Assembly (NCBI GenBank): GCA_964546555.1
Contig: CAZJJX010000002.1
Span: forward strand, 16,263-80,262
Direction of reading: 5' to 3'
From: an uncultured Candidatus Saccharibacteria bacterium
Lineage (GTDB): Bacteria > Patescibacteriota > Minisyncoccia > Phycocordibacterales > UBA5272
Length of the DNA stretch: 64,000 bases
The position numbers and the translations under genes were made by a program. The notes beneath the pieces were generated by a model that saw only the letters and a list, made by a program, of their open reading frames with translations, was not told the origin of the DNA and made no database searches. Shown here piece by piece: positions 58,675 to 64,000 of the stretch. Within the stretch, counting starts at the first letter, position 1. Each line of letters begins with the position of its first letter.

Positions 58675-59472
58675 ATGAGTTATTCAAATGTGGCAACAAT
58701 TTATTATGATTCAGATTGTGGATTTTGCTATAATGCTGCAAAGTTAGTTCTTGGTGTACTAAGATTAACTAATGTTAATCTTGTTCCAGCGCGTAATAAC
58801 AATGAGATTCATAGAATGCTGCTGAAGGAAAATTCTTGGGTTGTTGTGGACCTTGTGACTAATAAAAAATATTTACGTTTTGAAGCTCTTCTTTTTCTAA
58901 TCAGAAAATCAAGGTTTGATTTTCTTTATTATTTCAAATATTTACCAGGGATAGTGTTTGTCGGAAATACAGTCTATAACATTATTGGGTTTTTTAGATC
59001 TAATACATGCACGGATGAGGTTGAATCAAAAAAATTAAACATTATCTTGCGGAACGTTGCATCAATTTTTTTAGGGTTATTGGCTTGTTTAGTAGTTTTT
59101 GGATATGTTACCAAATCGTCAACTTTATTTAGTTTTGGTAGGTCAATTGGTTTTGCACCTCTCCCGCTCCCTTTTAGGGATATGGGTGGGGCAGAAACGA
59201 TGCAGAGGCCGAAGCTTACTCTTATCGTTGATGGTAATACTCGTGCTTCAGCAATGGATGATTTTAGAATACTACTGCACGAAGGTGAGAGGTCGCATCA
59301 TGCAATTGTTCCGTATTATGCTCTGATTAATTACGGGCCAGCTGTCCCTTCTCGGTTAAGAGAAAGCATATTGACTTACTTTTGTCGATCTTTTTTAGAT
59401 GCTCATCATATTTATTATAGTGCAAGATATTCAGCATCTTTGGCTATTACTCATGACATTGTATGCAAGTAA
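58675..59472 (+). CDS. DCC1-like (DUF393) thiol-disulfide domain fused to TM and C-terminal domain
   Basis: IYYDSDCGFC (DxxCxxC). Confidence 0.8.
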   Translation: MSYSNVATIYYDSDCGFCYNAAKLVLGVLRLTNVNLVPARNNNEIHRMLLKENSWVVVDLVTNKKYLRFEALLFLIRKSRFDFLYYFKYLPGIVFVGNTVYNIIGFFRSNTCTDEVESKKLNIILRNVASIFLGLLACLVVFGYVTKSSTLFSFGRSIGFAPLPLPFRDMGGAETMQRPKLTLIVDGNTRASAMDDFRILLHEGERSHHAIVPYYALINYGPAVPSRLRESILTYFCRSFLDAHHIYYSARYSASLAITHDIVCK

Positions 59473-60380
59473 ATAAAATTTTAAAAAATATAAAAATTAC
59501 TGAAACCACTCCCTATCCGCTATATATTTTTGTTATTTTTAGGTTTTTACTAGGTATATTTTTATTATATTATTATATTACAGAGATTCCTTATATAGAT
59601 GAAATATATAGCAACCAAGGACTTATTCCATCTGCAGACCTTAATTCAACGTTTGGATATTTCCCAAGCATTTTGTATGTATTTGATTCCCCGTTTTTTG
59701 TGAAAATTATTTTTATTATAGGGGCGGTTATCTCATGTTTGTTTGCATTCGGAATCTGTCCTAGGATCGGATCATTTCTTTTGTGGTACATTCAAACATC
59801 TCTATATAATCGAAATAATTTAGTCGGCGAACCAGCAATGGCGTTTGTGGGTTTGCTTCTAGTTATGTTTGTGTTGGTGCCAAAAACTAAGCAATTAATA
59901 CAAGTAATACTTGGTAATAAAAGGGATAGCATGAGAGATACTGTTTTTGTTCCCGTGTATTTATTTTATATGCCGATATTTATTTTCTGCTTAACATTTA
60001 CACTAAGTGCAATAGATAAATTATATGCAGAGTCATGGGTAAACGGACAAGCATTAAATTTAATTCTTTCGCTTAATATCGGTAGGGATACATTTTTGGT
60101 CTCGTTCTTAAAAAACTCAGAGTACTTCGTGGTTATTTTGTCTTACCTGGCTCTTTTTGCTCAACTGATCTGTCTCCCTCTGTTTATTGTTGGGTGGTAC
60201 CGGTACGCACTAATAATTAATTTTTTTGCTTTTGCATTTGTACTTATCACTCTAGATATTAACCAGGTTTCCCTCGGAATGTTGCTCTTCTTCCTATTCT
60301 TTTTAGGTAAAGATATTCCTGAATTTTTTACAAAACTTTCTAAAGTCTTTATTTTCTTGAGGTTAAAATATTTTAGCTAA
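59463..60380 (+). CDS. HTTM-domain membrane protein (SdpB/gamma-carboxylase-like)
   Basis: FRFLLG, YSNQG..P, SLYNRN, SAIDKL...W.NG.AL. Confidence 0.8.
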   Translation: MQVNKILKNIKITETTPYPLYIFVIFRFLLGIFLLYYYITEIPYIDEIYSNQGLIPSADLNSTFGYFPSILYVFDSPFFVKIIFIIGAVISCLFAFGICPRIGSFLLWYIQTSLYNRNNLVGEPAMAFVGLLLVMFVLVPKTKQLIQVILGNKRDSMRDTVFVPVYLFYMPIFIFCLTFTLSAIDKLYAESWVNGQALNLILSLNIGRDTFLVSFLKNSEYFVVILSYLALFAQLICLPLFIVGWYRYALIINFFAFAFVLITLDINQVSLGMLLFFLFFLGKDIPEFFTKLSKVFIFLRLKYFS

Positions 60381-60539
60381 AAGTTTTTCTCTGATTCGTG
60401 GATGGTGAAATGTAGTAATAGGTGGAAGAGAAACACAATTGAAAAATTAAGATGAATGCTGTACCACAAAAAGAAGCCCCTCCTACGGAGGCGCTTCTTT
60501 TGCACCTAAAAATATGGTAGAATCGGGCTACTTATATAT

Positions 60540-61856
60540 ATGAAAGCAAAGATTAAAGCATTTTGGTTGGTTATGGCTGTTACTGTACTTTCCTTGTGGT
60601 TATGGAAAGGAGGGGCAGTATTAAACGGTAATTTTAGAAAGGATTTCGTACTTGGGCTTGATCTTGCTGGTGGGTCAGCGCTTACCTATACGATCGACAC
60701 AAATGCACTTCCAAAAGATGTGAATGTAAACGATAGTGTCGATGCGCTTCGTGATGTTATCGAGCGACGTGTCAACCTCTTTGGTGTCCGTGAACCAACA
60801 GTGACCACATCATTTTCTCGTCTTGCTAATGAATGGAGACTCGTTGTAGAGCTTCCTGGTGTTGCAGATGTTGATCAGGCAGCGAAGCTTATCGGGGAGA
60901 CACCTGTGCTTGAGTTTAAGACACAGAAAAAAGATGCAAAGGAGCTCAATGCATCATCTACGGTATATGACATGATCGGTAATTATGAAAGTACCGGTCT
61001 TACAGGAACATACCTTAAGAAGTCATCGCTTGTCTTTGACCAGACAACGAACCGTCCAATGGTAGAGCTTACTTTTGATGAAACAGGGGCAAAGCTCTTT
61101 GCGGACATCACAAAAGCAAACATTGGTAAGCAAGTCGCGATCTTTCTAGATGGTGTACCAATTTCTTCACCTACCGTTAACGAAGAAATCACACTCGGTA
61201 AGGCGGTTATCTCAGGTAATTTCACAACACAAGAAGCAAAAACTATGGTTGGACGCTTGAACTCAGGAGCGCTTCCCGTGCCTATCTCACTTGCAGGAAA
61301 AAGTGTTGTTGAGCCTTCTCTTGGAGTAAAAGCAATCGATGCTGGTAAGAAGTCAGCGATTGCAGGGTTCTTGTTTATTGTCATCTTCATGATCCTTTGG
61401 TATCGTCTCCCTGGTGTTATGGCATCTCTTGCGCTTGTATCATATCTTGCTTTTATGCTTGCGCTCTTTAAGCTTATTCCTGTTACGCTTACATCTGCAG
61501 GTATCGCAGGTCTCATTATCTCGCTTGGTCTTGCAGTGGATGCAAACGTGCTTACCTTTGAACGCATGAAAGAAGAAATTGCAAAAGGAAAGGGAATCAA
61601 AGAAGCGATGGAAACTGGATTTTTGCGTGCATGGACTTCTATCCGTGACTCACACATCGCAGCGATTATTGTATCTATTATTCTCTTTTGGCTTGGTACA
61701 TCGGTTGTAAAAGGCTTTGCGTTTACGTTTTTCTTAGGAGCTGTCGTGTCACTCTTCTCAGCGCAGATTGTTACACGATCACTCCTTCGTGCAATCGTGC
61801 TTGATAAAAATAGTAAATTCGCAAAGTTCTTATTCGGTAGTGGTTTTATTGGGTAG
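60540..61856 (+). CDS. secD: protein translocase subunit SecD
   Basis: LGLDLAGG, IERRVN.FGV.EP, L.SGALPVP, G.AVDANVL.FER.KEE. Confidence 0.98.
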   Translation: MKAKIKAFWLVMAVTVLSLWLWKGGAVLNGNFRKDFVLGLDLAGGSALTYTIDTNALPKDVNVNDSVDALRDVIERRVNLFGVREPTVTTSFSRLANEWRLVVELPGVADVDQAAKLIGETPVLEFKTQKKDAKELNASSTVYDMIGNYESTGLTGTYLKKSSLVFDQTTNRPMVELTFDETGAKLFADITKANIGKQVAIFLDGVPISSPTVNEEITLGKAVISGNFTTQEAKTMVGRLNSGALPVPISLAGKSVVEPSLGVKAIDAGKKSAIAGFLFIVIFMILWYRLPGVMASLALVSYLAFMLALFKLIPVTLTSAGIAGLIISLGLAVDANVLTFERMKEEIAKGKGIKEAMETGFLRAWTSIRDSHIAAIIVSIILFWLGTSVVKGFAFTFFLGAVVSLFSAQIVTRSLLRAIVLDKNSKFAKFLFGSGFIG

Positions 61857-61870
61857 TATGTATTGTATTA

Positions 61871-61905
61871 ACTAATAACTAATTACTAACAACTAATAAC
61901 TAACC
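61871..61905 (+). repeat. imperfect ACTAATA heptamer tandem repeat
   Basis: ACTAATA ACTAATT ACTAACA ACTAATA ACTAACC immediately before secF ATG. Confidence 0.85.
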
Positions 61906-61907
61906 AT

Positions 61908-62783
61908 ATGTTTATCATCAAATACAAAACCATATTCATTGCAATTGCTATATTCATGGTGGCAGCAAGTTTCATGCTCGTGTCAAAGTTCGGCATCAAA
62001 AAAGGAATTGACTTTACTGGAGGAACTGTTATTGAGGTGAGTTATGCGACATCTTCTGTTCCTGCTATTGATGTGGCCCTTTTTGAAGAGAAGGGGGTGA
62101 AGGCTTTCAAAACAAGTGCGACATCATACAAGTTCATTTCTTCTGCATCATTTGAAGAAACTGACAAAGCTCTTCGTGGGACATTAGATACTGTGAAGAA
62201 TCCTTTTACTGTTACACAGGTCAACACTGTAGGTCCTACAATGGGTAAAGAAATGACTAAGAAGGCGATTATCGCAATTATTGTCGTGGTTATAGCGATA
62301 CTTTCATTTATTGCGTTTGCATTCCGTGAGGTGTCACGTCCGGTTGCTTCGTGGAAGTATGGAATCGTTGCGATGGTAACAATCGTACACGATATTATTA
62401 TCCCAACTGGAGTGTATGCGTATCTCTCACATTTCTATGGTGCAGAAGTAGATACACTCTTTGTGGTAGCGCTTCTTACGGTTATGGCTGTTACTATTTC
62501 TGATAAGATTGTGGTATTTGATAGAATTCGTGAGAACTTGAAAAATGAGGGCACCAAAAAGAAGTCATTTGATGAGATTGTCGGTAATTCTCTTGCGCAG
62601 ACGTTTACTCGATCTGTTAACACATCTCTTACAACAATACTCTCACTTATTGCGCTCTATTTCTTCGGGCCTGAGACGACAAAGTTCTTCGCGCTCACGC
62701 TTATGGTTGGTATCGCGGTAGGAACATATTCATCTATCTTTGTTGCGTCACCTATTCTTACGGTGTGGAACAAGGAGAAGTAG
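61908..62783 (+). CDS. secF: protein translocase subunit SecF
   Basis: GIDFTGG, VGPTMG.E, D.IVVFDRIREN, GTYSSIFVASP. Confidence 0.98.
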   Translation: MFIIKYKTIFIAIAIFMVAASFMLVSKFGIKKGIDFTGGTVIEVSYATSSVPAIDVALFEEKGVKAFKTSATSYKFISSASFEETDKALRGTLDTVKNPFTVTQVNTVGPTMGKEMTKKAIIAIIVVVIAILSFIAFAFREVSRPVASWKYGIVAMVTIVHDIIIPTGVYAYLSHFYGAEVDTLFVVALLTVMAVTISDKIVVFDRIRENLKNEGTKKKSFDEIVGNSLAQTFTRSVNTSLTTILSLIALYFFGPETTKFFALTLMVGIAVGTYSSIFVASPILTVWNKEK

Positions 62784-63057
62784 GTAAGACAGAGCACAGA
62801 CTTGAAAGCCTCTCAACAGGACTGCGACTTTAACAAACTAGTTACAGTTTAAAAAGTCTGGAGCACTTCGCTAACACACTGTTAGATGAAAAGATTGCGT
62901 GAGCACAGATGGTGGATATTAGACAATAAGACTGATACATGTTAGTAAAACAAGCAAAGGCGAAGCCTCTGCTTGTTTTTCTTTCTTGCTCCTATCTTGC
63001 TGCTCCCGTTCTATTGTTTTTGATAGTGTAGTTTGTCATACTGACATTATCACTATA

Positions 63058-64000
63058 ATGAAAAAAGTAATTAAAAAAGCAACAAGAAAAGAAAGTTCTG
63101 TGAAAAATGATAAGCCAATTATCTATCAGACTCCGGATGGTGCTGTGGAATTACGTGCTGATTTTAGAAATGAAACAGTATGGGCGACGCAAGCACAGAT
63201 GGCTACAGTGTTTGGTGTAAACACGCAAGCGATTACAAAACACATTAAGAATATTTATAAAGAGAAAGAGCTTGTGCAAAAAGCAACTTGTTCCAAATTG
63301 GAACAAGTTCGAATTGAAGGAAACAGAAAAGTAACAAGAACTCTCGAAACATATAACCTTGACGTGCTTATTGCAGTCGGGTACCGCACAAACTCAGTTA
63401 CAGGAACAAAATTTAGACAGTGGGCAACAAAAACACTTAAAGCTCACATTACACAAGGTTATACCATTAATAAAAAAGTTATTGGTAACAACTGGGAAGA
63501 GTTCAGTAAGGCAATAGAATCTGCCAAAAAATTGTTACCAAAACAATACCAAGCATTATCCAGTACACAGGCACTTGACCTTGCTAGTCTCTTTGCACGT
63601 ACATGGTTGTCTCTTGATTCGTACGATAAGCAAGCGCTTAAACTTATAAAACCAACCAAGAAAAATGTGAAGCTCACTGCAGATGAACTTTCACTTGCTC
63701 TTTTGGATCTTAAACAAATGTTGCTCATGAAAAGTGAAGCTACAGAGCTCTTTGCAACTGATAGACAAAGAGGAAGTCTTGAAGGAATCGTAGGGAATGT
63801 TATGCAGATTTTTGGAGATATTCATGCTTATGAAAGCGTTGAGGCAAAAGCGGCACATCTTATGTATTTCATTATCAAGAACCATCCTTTCGTTGACGGT
63901 AATAAGCGAAGCGGTGCTTTTGCTTTTCTGTGGTTCCTTGAAAAGTGTAAGAGGCTTGATGTAGATCGTATGACCCCAGAAGCGCTTACTGCGCTCACGC
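63058..64000 (+). CDS. RhuM-like/Fic-DOC fusion protein, runs off window end
   Basis: ETVWATQAQMA..FG, YNLD..IAVGYR.NS..GT.FRQWA (RhuM) and HPFVDGNKRSG (Fic). Confidence 0.9.
   Translation, partial: MKKVIKKATRKESSVKNDKPIIYQTPDGAVELRADFRNETVWATQAQMATVFGVNTQAITKHIKNIYKEKELVQKATCSKLEQVRIEGNRKVTRTLETYNLDVLIAVGYRTNSVTGTKFRQWATKTLKAHITQGYTINKKVIGNNWEEFSKAIESAKKLLPKQYQALSSTQALDLASLFARTWLSLDSYDKQALKLIKPTKKNVKLTADELSLALLDLKQMLLMKSEATELFATDRQRGSLEGIVGNVMQIFGDIHAYESVEAKAAHLMYFIIKNHPFVDGNKRSGAFAFLWFLEKCKRLDVDRMTPEALTALT

Noticed and set aside
60983-61657. 224-aa minus-strand ORF
   Set aside because: Antisense shadow of secD.
1-64000. UGA stop-codon reassignment (code 25)
   Set aside because: Conserved genes are full length under code 11 and tmk ends at TGA at the expected length.

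Overview
64 kb of chromosome from a small-genome bacterium, most likely Patescibacteria/CPR (Parcubacteria-like), genetic code 11. The taxonomic call is inferred from rplK without rplA, SD-less ribosomal protein genes, a tRNA-Ile with a UAU anticodon and many orphan membrane/surface proteins. Core genes include secE-nusG-rplK, a dTMP cluster (dCMP deaminase, dut, folA, thyA, tmk), argS, ileS, recO, metG, tatD, rpsF-ssb-rpsR, ndk, infC-rpmI-rplT, smpB, tmRNA, ftsH, recG and secDF. Main unexplained signals: (1) two separate translation-initiation classes, with housekeeping genes SD-less or leaderless while about 15 scattered genes (dTMP enzymes, a FimV-like fragment, a GC-rich SPFH pair, orphans) carry well-spaced Shine-Dalgarno motifs; (2) an actinobacterial-type ultrashort-stem-I ileS T-box coupled to an intrinsic terminator, upstream of an IleRS2 with an inserted histidine-phosphatase domain; (3) four-helix-bundle genes enclosed by heptamer-built inverted repeats, resembling rRNA intervening sequences but in mRNA; (4) a covarying ~105-nt palindromic element in three copies; (5) tmRNA between two GIY-YIG genes; (6) a candidate minimal 6S-like RNA; (7) an Lnt/DCC1/HTTM cluster beside Cys-rich surface proteins. 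All calls are from reading the sequence by eye; no searches or folding computations were run.
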